DNA of 48,860 bases, taken from positions 1 through 48,860 of IMG/VR virus record IMGVR_UViG_3300048854_000267. One strand, given 5' to 3'. How positions within the stretch are numbered: position 1 is the stretch's first letter; each line of letters starts with the position of its first letter. Under the pieces are notes generated by a model. It ran no database searches. It was not told the origin of the DNA and saw only the letters and a list, made by a program, of their open reading frames with translations. This stretch comes from a virus (lineage: Duplodnaviria; Caudoviricetes). A program made the translations under genes and the position numbers. Positions 36,641 to 46,247 of this stretch are shown here, piece by piece.

Positions 36641-37141
36641 TTAGTTCACTGCGCCCAACTCACGGTTCTTGTAGATGTAGTTGATAACGAGCGAAGCCTT
36701 GCCAACACCCGAAGTAACAGCCGGGGTCGTGCCAGTTAGTGCAATCGAAACCTTCTCACTAGCAGTCGTACCGGTTGCGGAAGCCGTAGCCCACGTACCA
36801 GCAAGAGCAGCAGTAAGATCAATCGAAGCTGCCGCACTGAGGTTAGCTGCCGTAATCGGCACACCATTGGTAGCCGGAGCAGTACCACCAACAGCAAGGC
36901 CCGGAGTCGTCCCCGTAAGAGTGAACGGCTGGTGAACCACAAGCGTTGCACGAGTAAACTTTGCACCCTTCGGAATTACATGCGGAGGGACAAACAAACT
37001 GTCTGCAAGCGACGTACCGGAGAACTCAAGCGAGAGTTCGTGAGAAGCATTTTGCGAATGGTCAGTGCCAACCGAATTACCAGTGCTTCGTGCACCGTAC
37101 TGGTTGTACACGCCAATACCTGCTTGATTAACGTAAGGCAT
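36641..37141 (-). CDS. putative capsid decoration protein (166 aa)
   Basis: Directly after the MCP and inside the same terminator unit; T/A/G-rich beta protein. Confidence 0.7.
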   Translation of the reverse strand: MPYVNQAGIGVYNQYGARSTGNSVGTDHSQNASHELSLEFSGTSLADSLFVPPHVIPKGAKFTRATLVVHQPFTLTGTTPGLAVGGTAPATNGVPITAANLSAAASIDLTAALAGTWATASATGTTASEKVSIALTGTTPAVTSGVGKASLVINYIYKNRELGAVN

Positions 37142-37156
37142 TAATTATTTTCCTTA

Positions 37157-38101
37157 TTAGGCAATAGCCGTAGCCGAAGTAATGAGAACACCCAACGTGT
37201 CAACACGCTGTGTACCAAAGCCCCAACGGCAAGACGTAACAAACTCGTCACGGCGGAGGTCTTTATTACGCTCACCTTCAACCTTGGGCATACGACGCCA
37301 TGCAGCCATAATCGGCTTCGTGTTGTCATCTGCAAGCGACATGAAGATGTTGGCTACACCATTGGTGATCGAAGTCGTACCATCCGAGAACGTGCCCTTA
37401 GGGAGACGATTCGACGTGATGATGTTCCAGCCATACAGGTTCATCAGGAACTCATGTTCCTTGTTGAAACCATTCTCAAGAATCTGTTCAGCAAATGGCG
37501 TAGCGTTCGAGACAATCGATACCAGACCGGACAGCGTTGCAGCAACAACCGGGTCACAGATGAAGATACGGCCAGCAGCCGGTACATTGGCCTTGTCGTA
37601 CGCGAGCTTCATTTGAATCAGATGCGAAAGCTGGAAGATGCCATTCGTTGCAGCAGAAGCAATACGGTGAGCGAAGCCGTTAACCAGATTCGGATTGGCA
37701 TTCGTCTGTGCCGAATTACACTTGGCGAGGAAACGCGTTTCAAACACTTCCTGAATTGCACGAGTCGATTCTTGCGAACGTGCACTCATCAAGGCTTCAA
37801 CCTGTGCACCGTCTTCACGAAGCTCATCGTTCACATACCATGCATCACCAACATAGTCGGTAATAGTCAGGGTCACTTCACCCGATTCAATCGGTGTGTA
37901 ATCGAACGGAACTTCTTCAGCACCATCCTGAATCGTAACCGTACCAACCGTCTTAATATGCAGCGTGCTACCCGAACCGAAATCTGATACATTGCGGAAA
38001 TACGATTCCGGCAACAGACCGTCATGAAGGTTACGAAGAATGAATGCCGAATACTGTTCGCTTTCAATGAAAGCCGTGGAGTTAAAGCGATTTTGGGACA
38101 T
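37157..38101 (-). CDS. major capsid protein (314 aa)
   Basis: Follows the scaffold; AAGGA RBS; HK97-like patterns (G.G.TL.I.TVG, G.NI..SNRLP, R.GFG..R). Confidence 0.92.
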   Translation of the reverse strand: MSQNRFNSTAFIESEQYSAFILRNLHDGLLPESYFRNVSDFGSGSTLHIKTVGTVTIQDGAEEVPFDYTPIESGEVTLTITDYVGDAWYVNDELREDGAQVEALMSARSQESTRAIQEVFETRFLAKCNSAQTNANPNLVNGFAHRIASAATNGIFQLSHLIQMKLAYDKANVPAAGRIFICDPVVAATLSGLVSIVSNATPFAEQILENGFNKEHEFLMNLYGWNIITSNRLPKGTFSDGTTSITNGVANIFMSLADDNTKPIMAAWRRMPKVEGERNKDLRRDEFVTSCRWGFGTQRVDTLGVLITSATAIA

Positions 38102-38116
38102 TTATTATTGTTATCC

Positions 38117-38929
38117 TTATTTTCCAAAATACTTGAAGTACACCTTCGGGTCTGTCAAGTCATGTACAGATGCACCACTTGCATGAATCTCATCAACCAT
38201 TGCACGAGCGCGTGCTGCTTCTTGATTGAGTTCACGAGTAGTGGCACCGATACGTGCTTTCTCTTTATTGCGACCAATGAAGGTATCTTGTTGAGGCTGG
38301 AATGCAGCCGTATTGACAGCACTCGGAGCAGGGGCAAACGTGTTCGGCTTTTGAGCCGGTTGCTCTGAAACACCCAATGCTTTCAAAACTGCCTTGGGAG
38401 ACTTAGCTGCGAATTCATTCATTTCAGCGACAGTCAAGCCAAGCTCTTGCGCAGCAGCGTTATACTTTGCTTCCGCTTCCGCACCAAACTTAGTCAGGAG
38501 TTGGGTAGCAACTTCTTTCTGATTAGCTTGTGCGCGTTCCGAAGCAGTACGCTGGTCAAGAGATTTATTTACTAGCTCCGCAATCGTATTCGCATCTACC
38601 GCAGTTGCAGCAGGGTTAGCTGGTGCAGGATTGGATTGACGAGAAAGGAGTTCTTGTACAGTTCGTTCGAGTTCAGCTTGCTTATTAACGTCCACTTGCA
38701 CCGTATGCACCTTTTGTTCTAGTTCGGCTTTCTCAGCCTTGAGTTGTGCGATATACGCTTGTGCGTGAGCAGCGCCTTTAAGAGCGTCTTCAATCGAGTT
38801 GTACTTTTGACTGCCTTGCTCATTCACGATCATCCCAAGCAGGTTGGCGTAGGGATCAGGTGTCTGAGGATTTGCAGGATTGGCTGGTGTAGCCGGATTA
38901 CCATTGTTAAAGATTGTGGGGTCGCTCAC
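38117..38929 (-). CDS. capsid scaffolding protein (270 aa, GTG start)
   Basis: Coiled-coil, A/P/N-rich; between portal and MCP. Confidence 0.85.
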   Translation of the reverse strand: MSDPTIFNNGNPATPANPANPQTPDPYANLLGMIVNEQGSQKYNSIEDALKGAAHAQAYIAQLKAEKAELEQKVHTVQVDVNKQAELERTVQELLSRQSNPAPANPAATAVDANTIAELVNKSLDQRTASERAQANQKEVATQLLTKFGAEAEAKYNAAAQELGLTVAEMNEFAAKSPKAVLKALGVSEQPAQKPNTFAPAPSAVNTAAFQPQQDTFIGRNKEKARIGATTRELNQEAARARAMVDEIHASGASVHDLTDPKVYFKYFGK

Positions 38930-38966
38930 ATCTTTCCTTATTTTTTTATTGTTCTTATAGCTTCGT

Positions 38967-38997
38967 TATTTACAGCAGTTCACATAATTTCGTTCAC
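38967..38997 (-). promoter_or_regulatory. putative phage-sigma promoter GTGAAC-N18-GTAAATA
   Basis: Second of two tandem motifs upstream of scaffold/MCP. Confidence 0.7.
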
Positions 38998-39030
38998 TCA
39001 CTCGTTAATAACTTAACTCGCTCTTGCTGT

Positions 39031-39061
39031 TATTTATCGGTTGAGACGCTAAAAAGTTACG
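39031..39061 (-). promoter_or_regulatory. putative phage-sigma promoter CGTAAC-N18-ATAAATA
   Basis: Intergenic; boxes and spacing identical to 32628-32658. Confidence 0.8.
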
Positions 39062-39069
39062 AAAATAAA

Positions 39070-39411
39070 TTAAATAAATTTTGTAGTATTTTTGCTGCCC
39101 GGAGGGCGTCCACGTCTCTTAGGTTGTGGGGACGCGGACAGAGACTCAGCGACGTTGGTCGCTTCGCTTTCTGCCGATAAAAGAGAAATCACTTCTTGCA
39201 TTGCTCTCTCATAACCTACTGCGTCTGCTTGTAGATATGCCCAATTAGCAATCCCGTATGAATCTTTACTGCGTACAACCTTGTTACTTGCGTTAATCTT
39301 CTCAGTGAGGATCGTAGATAGCTGACTGCGGAGAAAAGCGGCATGAGCAAACGTCTGCCGCATTTCATCCTTTTGTTGGTCAGTTAGGTTTTTGAATAGT
39401 GCTGTTTTCAT
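39070..39411 (-). CDS. hypothetical protein after portal (113 aa) with C-terminal AT-hook-like motif
   Basis: TAATG-coupled to portal; PKRRGRPP. Confidence 0.8.
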   Translation of the reverse strand: MKTALFKNLTDQQKDEMRQTFAHAAFLRSQLSTILTEKINASNKVVRSKDSYGIANWAYLQADAVGYERAMQEVISLLSAESEATNVAESLSASPQPKRRGRPPGSKNTTKFI

Positions 39412-41285
39412 TACATCAACTTAGCGTTAGCTTTGGTTTGATCCAAGCTCATACGAGCCACCACGTTGTCTTGCCCAGTAGCTCCACCAGATGCAACAGG
39501 AGGTTGCGCTTGTTGAGCGGCCCCTTGCTGTGCAGCTACGTTCTGTTCAGTCCCAAGATTCTCCTGAAGCTGGTTAATCAATCGTTGCTGTTCAGCTTGC
39601 TCAAAGAGAGCCTTGTATGGGCTGTACAACTGGAATCGATTTAGACCCAGTACATCCTCGATCAGACGGCTTAGAGCCACTGAGCTAAGGTGTGGGGCAA
39701 TGGTTTGCCCAATCGGGCTGTTCATGACCCCTGTGAGGTTCTGGAGGAGTTGGGCTTGTGCAGCGAAGTGACGTGCGCCAATTGGACGAAGAACGCCATT
39801 TGCCGTGATGTCATCCTTGGTGATTTGAACGAACTGAGTAACACCCAAGTCGTTATCCATCACACGAACAACATCTTCAGCATCGAGATTGCGTCGTGCC
39901 GTCTCAAGCATTGCATTCAGCAACGGCTCAAGCATTTCAATCTCAAACGTATTAATCTTCTCTTGGAAAATACGACCAGCAGCATTCTCAAGCTGTTGCA
40001 CTTCAAAGGCAGTCTTTTCACCGGGAGTACGAACGCCCATAGCCTCACGAGGAGCACCCGCATACTGCTCCATGCGTTGCTCTAATAGTTGGATAGCATT
40101 GTCAGCTTGGATGACCCACTGCGCGTTCTTAGCTAGTTCTGTGACGCTGCCGCCTTCATCAATATGAATCTCCTCACCGGGACCGTAGACAAATTCCTCA
40201 ACCTCACCAGCAATCACCAGAGGAGGGAGAACAGCCAAGTCCATTGCATCGGCCTTCAGATTCTCTAGATGGTCAATCCGATATTGCATGCCAACCAGAT
40301 TGTCCAGCGGACCCATCGACCAAATGTTGTCACTACGTCCACGCCAACCTACGTGATAAATAGGTGCACCACCAAACCAAGTAGGAAGTGGCTCATTCTG
40401 GATAACCCACATACGGTCAATCACAGTGATGACACGACCCTTCTCAAGTGCTTGGGTTTTCTCGTTGTACACATCCCCATAGAATTGAAGGAACTCAACA
40501 TAATTGCTGCCAAGGTACTCTGAGTAGTTTCCAAATCCATCCATTAGGAAGCCTTCCGCCTTGTCTGCTTCTTCAATACCGTAGGCATTCATGTGAGCCT
40601 TAAGGGCATCACGGTTCTCTAGAGCGCTCTTAAGGTAAGCATTATCTGGTTCATCCTCTGCCATCTGTGCTAGTTCACCAATGTTCCTAAGACTTCTAAC
40701 AATCTTCCAACTGTCGGCAAATGAACTAGCAAGTGGATTAAAGACAATATCAAGAGGACTAATTCGCCTAGCTTTTGGCCCCACATAGTTAATCGCCTTA
40801 TTTCCGTTGACATCTTCACGGTAGGAAGCTTCATAGTCCACAGTAGCGAACACATTGCCATAATCGATGAAGTCAAGCAGAAGCTTGCTCATTTCAGTAC
40901 GGAAGTGGCCTTCACGAGTTTTGTTACTCATGTAGCTTTCAATCGCTAGACGCTTCTGTTTAGTTGCGTCATCCTGTGTGTATGCTTCCCATCGAAGCCA
41001 ATCATCATTCGGGAACAGGGCACTCAGATAGTTTGAATGTAGGTTGTCTCGAATCTGACAGAGCTTGGGGAGGGTAGTGGAGTTCTTCCAAGGAAGGGAA
41101 CGATTAGAAGTGGTTGAGGTGTCCGTAGCGAAGATGTAGTTACGAAGCTCTTTCCATTCTTGAATCTTTGGGTACATCTGTGTGTGGTGTCGAAACCAAG
41201 TCATTGCGATATACTTCGCCATACTGTCTTGGTTATACGACTCAGCGATATTAGTTTCGCCTACATTAAGAACTTTTTTAGCCAT
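39411..41285 (-). CDS. portal protein (624 aa)
   Basis: Follows terL; size; GPLDNLVGMQ, GEKTAFEV.QL patterns. Confidence 0.9.
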   Translation of the reverse strand: MAKKVLNVGETNIAESYNQDSMAKYIAMTWFRHHTQMYPKIQEWKELRNYIFATDTSTTSNRSLPWKNSTTLPKLCQIRDNLHSNYLSALFPNDDWLRWEAYTQDDATKQKRLAIESYMSNKTREGHFRTEMSKLLLDFIDYGNVFATVDYEASYREDVNGNKAINYVGPKARRISPLDIVFNPLASSFADSWKIVRSLRNIGELAQMAEDEPDNAYLKSALENRDALKAHMNAYGIEEADKAEGFLMDGFGNYSEYLGSNYVEFLQFYGDVYNEKTQALEKGRVITVIDRMWVIQNEPLPTWFGGAPIYHVGWRGRSDNIWSMGPLDNLVGMQYRIDHLENLKADAMDLAVLPPLVIAGEVEEFVYGPGEEIHIDEGGSVTELAKNAQWVIQADNAIQLLEQRMEQYAGAPREAMGVRTPGEKTAFEVQQLENAAGRIFQEKINTFEIEMLEPLLNAMLETARRNLDAEDVVRVMDNDLGVTQFVQITKDDITANGVLRPIGARHFAAQAQLLQNLTGVMNSPIGQTIAPHLSSVALSRLIEDVLGLNRFQLYSPYKALFEQAEQQRLINQLQENLGTEQNVAAQQGAAQQAQPPVASGGATGQDNVVARMSLDQTKANAKLM

Positions 41286-41290
41286 ATTTC

Positions 41291-42895
41291 CTATCGGAAT
41301 GAGACCCCGCCGAAGCGCGAGCTTATTGGAATAATATTGTCTCTAGTTTTATTCAAGCCCCCACGAGATTTGGGCTTTACAGCAATCATTACAGCCGATG
41401 CAAGGGCATCTTTAATGTCGTCATGGGCAGGACGTGCCTGAATCAGTTGCTCCTCTAGAACGTCTGTGTATCCGCCCTTGAAGTGCCAGATGTGGCCGTT
41501 CTCATACCGATGCTCAAGGGCAGAGGCTATACGCTCCTCCTTGGTACCTTCTGAACGGTTAGGGCGGTATTCATCAATAGACAATACCAATCCCTGTTCT
41601 CGGAGCTTGTCTTTCAAGTCACGAACAATAACGGTCTGAGCAACTGTCACTTCTGCCCTGAGTTTCTTGAACTCCCACTTGCTGTGGAGACGTGCAATCT
41701 CCTCAAAATACTTGGAGATTTTGTCAGTCTGGAATACTGAGATATCTAGGATGTAGATGAAGTTGTCTGCGTCTACACCAATAACAACGATCGCAGTGTC
41801 ATCGGAGCGTTTTCCAATAGAGAATGCGAAGTCGATTGAGGCAAAGACATTGAGACGATTTCCTTTGAAGTACCAGTTGCCATCTGATTGCTTGAGGAAC
41901 TTTCGTTCATAGTATTGGAACTTGCTCGCAGAGATTCGGTTGCTTCCGGGATCATTGGGGTCGTTGTAATACTGGGAGTAAAATTGAGTTCTATCTGAGT
42001 ACTCCGCACGTATCCGGGATAGGACTTGTTGATCGAAACCAAATGCTTTACCATCTTTGGGTCTAATCGTTCTAGGCCAGATAAAAATTCCGTCCGTTTC
42101 GACAACATGCTCTTTAATCTCCCATACCTTGCGGCGTTCTGAAATCAAACCTTCTTTGTCGTACACGTCATACTCTTGCGCCTTCCAAGTTGCATACACA
42201 TCGTTCGGGTGATATCTCGTACCACAGGCCAATGTAAACCCTCCTGCATTTCGAATCGAGGCGAACTGAGAAGATTTCTTGCTAACAGATTCTCGCCCAT
42301 CTTCTGTGTATGCATTCTCAGGAACTACCAAGTCATCAGCAATAACAATGTCTGCGTGCCAGCCAGTGGTGTTAGTTGTTAAACCTGCCGTATCAATAGT
42401 GGCATCACGAATCCCTTCAATCTTTCTTTTCTCATGATCGATAGAGATTGTGGTGTTGCTCCACTTCTCACGCTTTCCTTCCTGTGGATCGATATATTCA
42501 GGGAAGTAGCGAGTAAAGACGGTAGACGCTAAGATGTTCTTGATGGCGTACAACTGCGTTTCAGCCAAACCAGACGTAGCAGAGACGTAAAGGATAGTTA
42601 CTTCAGGGTGTCTTACAATAATCCATGCAGCCCATGTAGCCACCATATGAGACTTCAGGTGGGCACGAGGGAGCATGATGAGTTTGTTAGCCGTTAGCTG
42701 GTCATCCAGACCGAACAGGCTATAATCCTGCATCCACTTGAAACACTCTTTGTGAATGTCGCCATATACATAACCAGGATTCATCAACTGGGCAAAGACG
42801 TATAAGTCGTCCATTGCGAGTTGCCGTAGTGCCTTAGCATCTTCCGGCATCTTCTCCAGTTTTCGTTTGGCATCAACTAGCCACTGCTCAGCCAT
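41291..42895 (-). CDS. terL: terminase large subunit
   Basis: PRAHLKS Walker A, IADDLV Walker B, GTRY, QYYNDP, RNase H DFAFS...DDTA, HDD..DA. Confidence 0.95.
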   Translation of the reverse strand: MAEQWLVDAKRKLEKMPEDAKALRQLAMDDLYVFAQLMNPGYVYGDIHKECFKWMQDYSLFGLDDQLTANKLIMLPRAHLKSHMVATWAAWIIVRHPEVTILYVSATSGLAETQLYAIKNILASTVFTRYFPEYIDPQEGKREKWSNTTISIDHEKRKIEGIRDATIDTAGLTTNTTGWHADIVIADDLVVPENAYTEDGRESVSKKSSQFASIRNAGGFTLACGTRYHPNDVYATWKAQEYDVYDKEGLISERRKVWEIKEHVVETDGIFIWPRTIRPKDGKAFGFDQQVLSRIRAEYSDRTQFYSQYYNDPNDPGSNRISASKFQYYERKFLKQSDGNWYFKGNRLNVFASIDFAFSIGKRSDDTAIVVIGVDADNFIYILDISVFQTDKISKYFEEIARLHSKWEFKKLRAEVTVAQTVIVRDLKDKLREQGLVLSIDEYRPNRSEGTKEERIASALEHRYENGHIWHFKGGYTDVLEEQLIQARPAHDDIKDALASAVMIAVKPKSRGGLNKTRDNIIPISSRFGGVSFR

Positions 42896-43430
42896 TCTTC
42901 AACAGCCGAAGAACATCGCCACTGAACTCATCAGAAGCTCGCGCTTGGAATTCTCTTTCTCGCTGTACTTCTTCCTTACTAGGACGGCCCGCGCCACGAG
43001 TTTCCCAACCTCTATCGGCTAACCATTTGGCTGCTTGAAAATTCCCAGTACTTCCTTGAAGGATAAGGGCTTTGACCCCCTTGGCGCGAAGCTTATACTC
43101 AAGTTCGCTACGCCATTCATCGATATGTTTTCGGATAGCCTTGTTACCGCAAAGTTTCTGCCAGTGGCTCCAGCCCGCAAAAGCAGCATTAGCGAAGTCG
43201 TATTCCGTAGGGTCTTCCATGCTGAGATAAACTCTCTTGATGGAATAATAAACTCGCCCGTTGTGGAAGTGGTCTTGCTCTTTAAGCGTATATACCGCAT
43301 CTTCATTGTAGGCAAACTCAAGGAACAGGCTTTGAGTCAGATACCGACCCATTGAGTCGAGCATCAGACTCTTGTCCACTGAGAAGCTTTCTTGCGTCTT
43401 CATATCTTCCATAGTAATAATCTCTTTCAA
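42888..43430 (-). CDS. terS: terminase small subunit
   Basis: Directly upstream of terL; AAKWLA..GW...GAGRPSK; start may be ATG 43412. Confidence 0.75.
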   Translation of the reverse strand: MKEIITMEDMKTQESFSVDKSLMLDSMGRYLTQSLFLEFAYNEDAVYTLKEQDHFHNGRVYYSIKRVYLSMEDPTEYDFANAAFAGWSHWQKLCGNKAIRKHIDEWRSELEYKLRAKGVKALILQGSTGNFQAAKWLADRGWETRGAGRPSKEEVQREREFQARASDEFSGDVLRLLKNG

Positions 43431-43836
43431 TCCTCACTGATTCAGCTTGTTTAGCGAACCCTGCAAGAAACTCTGCATCGTCTCGATAAAGTTGGGCACC
43501 TGTGCAGGAGCCGATACTCCCGGTAACTGAACTTGATCCTGCTTGCTTAGCTTCGGCTCTTGTGGCGCGTGTACGCAAGCTGCTAACGAGAGTGCTGTAC
43601 TGAACATCAACATTTTTAACTTCATTCTGTTTCTCCAAATCGGCTTGTGTCTTCTGGAATACCAACTGACTCTGCGCCTTCTGTACCGCTACTTGTCCAT
43701 CGGCAACTTGCTTCATATACATAGCAACCACTGCATTGTGTTCAGCAGTTACAGCTTTCTTCTCAGCGAAGTAGTGGAGTGCATATGCACACACAATCGC
43801 TAAAAAAATAGCCGCTAGTTTTTCAGTTAACGACAC
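43318..43836 (-). CDS. Rz: i-spanin (Rz-like)
   Basis: GGAG RBS then GTG 43836; N-terminal TM followed by coiled coil; downstream of the endolysin. Confidence 0.82.
   Translation of the reverse strand: MSLTEKLAAIFLAIVCAYALHYFAEKKAVTAEHNAVVAMYMKQVADGQVAVQKAQSQLVFQKTQADLEKQNEVKNVDVQYSTLVSSLRTRATRAEAKQAGSSSVTGSIGSCTGAQLYRDDAEFLAGFAKQAESVRIERDYYYGRYEDARKLLSGQESDARLNGSVSDSKPVP
43434..43625 (-). CDS. Rz1: o-spanin lipoprotein nested in Rz
   Basis: Signal peptide with lipobox LAA-C, Pro-rich mature part; alternate frame fully inside Rz. Confidence 0.8.
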   Translation of the reverse strand: MKLKMLMFSTALSLAACVHAPQEPKLSKQDQVQLPGVSAPAQVPNFIETMQSFLQGSLNKLNQ

Positions 43837-44299
43837 TGTAGTCTCCATCGAAAATATGGGCTTCCTTAACACGACGGTTATACAAGCCTTTGCTATATTT
43901 ACCGTTGACGTACACCCATTTGTACATCCCGTTACGGGCGTCCTCATATCTCCCTTCATTGAGAGGCTTCAAGACCGTTGAGGACTTGCAGAAGGCTCCT
44001 ACACCGATATTGAAAGCAAAGAGGGTTAGGGCGTTATACTGGTTTTGATTGATCGGCACATTGATGCACTGGAGGATGCCATCCCCATGCTGTACCAAAT
44101 CTTTCTTCAGTTGCTCAGTACATTGAGTGGGAGTCCAAGGTTTTCCCATCACAACATCTTTTCCAGTGTGTCCCGTACACACAGTTGGGATACCAGCGAT
44201 ATCCCGATACGGGTCAGTCTCAGTTCCTTCTAGAGAAGCAGCCCCCGTGATGAGGGCTGCTGAAGTTAAACCGATGAGCCATTTATTTTTTAGATTCAT
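43823..44299 (-). CDS. SAR-type endolysin (GH24 lysozyme)
   Basis: Basic N-terminus plus weakly hydrophobic G/A/S-rich anchor; E-x8-D-x5-T triad (LEG...YRD..GIPTVC.GHT); FNIG; GL..RR..E. Confidence 0.92.
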   Translation of the reverse strand: MNLKNKWLIGLTSAALITGAASLEGTETDPYRDIAGIPTVCTGHTGKDVVMGKPWTPTQCTEQLKKDLVQHGDGILQCINVPINQNQYNALTLFAFNIGVGAFCKSSTVLKPLNEGRYEDARNGMYKWVYVNGKYSKGLYNRRVKEAHIFDGDYSVVN

Positions 44300-46233
44300 T
44301 AGGGCTCAAGGGAAAGGTAGAAACGATGATCCGAAACAGCAGCCCCCGAAGATGTAACAATCTGAATCGTCAACCAGTCAGTTGAATCAACAGTAAATCG
44401 ATGTGCTATTGAATCCATCACTGATGTGCCTGAACCGGAAATGATCCCAGTCATTGCAGTCGGGACATTATTCTTTAGCACGGTGTAGGTATAAGACTCA
44501 CCTGGACCCGGAGAGACAGACGTAGATACGTGCATTTCAGTAACCAATCCTTTCCTTGATGTAACCCATGCGGTACGTTCCGGGAAAGAAGAAGCTCCTT
44601 GAGGGCCGAGATACATAGTCGAACCTGCTGCCACGGTTCCGGCAGATACCCCCGAAAGGGTAATTCGGTCAGATTGGTTTACTGATACGGTCTGTAAGGG
44701 CAGGTTGTTACTACAAATGAAGTTTGACGAGGACGAACCATTACTGATTGGGCCGCTTGCACCTGTATTGTCATTAAGATCACAATCTGTAATTACAAAC
44801 CCAGTAGAAGTACCCGGTTGAATCACAATTGCATAGAGTTGCTGTCCTACGCCAACAGTGGTAGATACATTTCCGATACGGCAACCATTGAATCGGAAGG
44901 AGTTGACATTCGGGGAAATCACAACACCTGAATAGACATTAGGGCTTGCTGCACTATTACGAGTAATCTCGGTCCCGGTAAAGGAGATATTCGTTCCACC
45001 TTGAATCTGAATGCCATCTTGTCGTGAATCCCGTACCCAACCTCCCGTGAATCGTTGGGAGTCGATATTGATGCCAGTGAATACAATCCCTACACCTTGG
45101 CAGTTACTAGACCAACACTGACTGAACTCATTAGCTACAACGGTCCCTTGCGAGCCATCTAGCAGCCAGTTATTAGTAAGGCAACTATCTCCCAATACTT
45201 TACTCATGAACAAGTATCTTACGTAAGAAGTAGAAGGAGGATTAGCATAGACGCCAGTATTTACTGTTGTAATATCGAGAGTGTCAAAGAATTCCCCGGA
45301 AGATTGTTGCAGCCAAAGGCCAACAGAGGCCGTATTGTTCCCAGTAAAACCGAAGTTGCTAATCTTACCGATCCGCCAGTAAGAACCGGCACCGTCTGTA
45401 CCCGTTCCTACGAATGGCGAGAGATAGATGCCATAGTTCTGAAAGTAGAGTACTCGGAACTGTTCAAAGCGAGGTTGGTAACAGCCGTCAATCCGAATGC
45501 CTTTATCGAAGTTGGTTACTTCGAAATCTCGACAAATGAAATTATCATTCGAATTGACAATCTGTAGGCCGATACCGGTAGAGCCTTGCGCTTGTGCGGT
45601 AGGGGCATTACCCTTAATAGTTAGGTTCAAAAGGCCACCGCCTTGAGCATACCCAACATTAAACCGAACACCACCAAGAGTGAGCCCAGTTTGATTAATA
45701 ATACTGACGCCTACACCTTGACCAACTAGGTAACGAATCTGACCGGAAGGCGTAGTGAGAAGGTTGGATATATTGTAAGTTCCCGCAGGAAAGAACACCC
45801 ACTTATTAGCATTGATCGCTGTTTGAATAGCTACTGTGTCATCAGAAACTCCATCACCTCTCGCACCGTAAGTCTTCACATTTACGAAGTTCAAGGAGGT
45901 GATAAAGTCGATAGTCTGCTGTACCGCTCCTTGTACATTGTTTGCCGTAATGATCTGGTATGGAGCAAACCCAGTGAGGTTGGCAACAGCCTGATTGCCG
46001 ATAGCATTCTGTACGTCTTGCAATCTTGCCGCTTCATTGGGAGTAGCAGGAACCGGGAGATTCAGGATACGATTGCTATTCATATCCTGATTGTTAGTCA
46101 TCTGATTAGCTTCGCCACCTGGGTTTTGACGATACAAAACCTTGTTGTTAAACTCGTCCTGAATCGCTTGAAAGTTGGCGTTAATAGCTGAAAGGTTAAA
46201 CCCACCAGCCGGTTGATTCAATTGGATTTTCAT
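44299..46233 (-). CDS. tailspike / depolymerase with pectate-lyase-like beta-helix (644 aa)
   Basis: VNVK.YGA.GDG.SDDT.AIQ.AI....VFFPAGTY followed by beta-helix repeats. Confidence 0.9.
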   Translation of the reverse strand: MKIQLNQPAGGFNLSAINANFQAIQDEFNNKVLYRQNPGGEANQMTNNQDMNSNRILNLPVPATPNEAARLQDVQNAIGNQAVANLTGFAPYQIITANNVQGAVQQTIDFITSLNFVNVKTYGARGDGVSDDTVAIQTAINANKWVFFPAGTYNISNLLTTPSGQIRYLVGQGVGVSIINQTGLTLGGVRFNVGYAQGGGLLNLTIKGNAPTAQAQGSTGIGLQIVNSNDNFICRDFEVTNFDKGIRIDGCYQPRFEQFRVLYFQNYGIYLSPFVGTGTDGAGSYWRIGKISNFGFTGNNTASVGLWLQQSSGEFFDTLDITTVNTGVYANPPSTSYVRYLFMSKVLGDSCLTNNWLLDGSQGTVVANEFSQCWSSNCQGVGIVFTGINIDSQRFTGGWVRDSRQDGIQIQGGTNISFTGTEITRNSAASPNVYSGVVISPNVNSFRFNGCRIGNVSTTVGVGQQLYAIVIQPGTSTGFVITDCDLNDNTGASGPISNGSSSSNFICSNNLPLQTVSVNQSDRITLSGVSAGTVAAGSTMYLGPQGASSFPERTAWVTSRKGLVTEMHVSTSVSPGPGESYTYTVLKNNVPTAMTGIISGSGTSVMDSIAHRFTVDSTDWLTIQIVTSSGAAVSDHRFYLSLEP

Positions 46234-46247
46234 TTATTATTATTGTT

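Noticed and set aside
43837-43959. Upstream extensions given in the ORF track (43959, 24994, 32196, 1595, 16981)
   Set aside because: They overlap neighbouring genes or lack an RBS; downstream starts have better RBS or coupling
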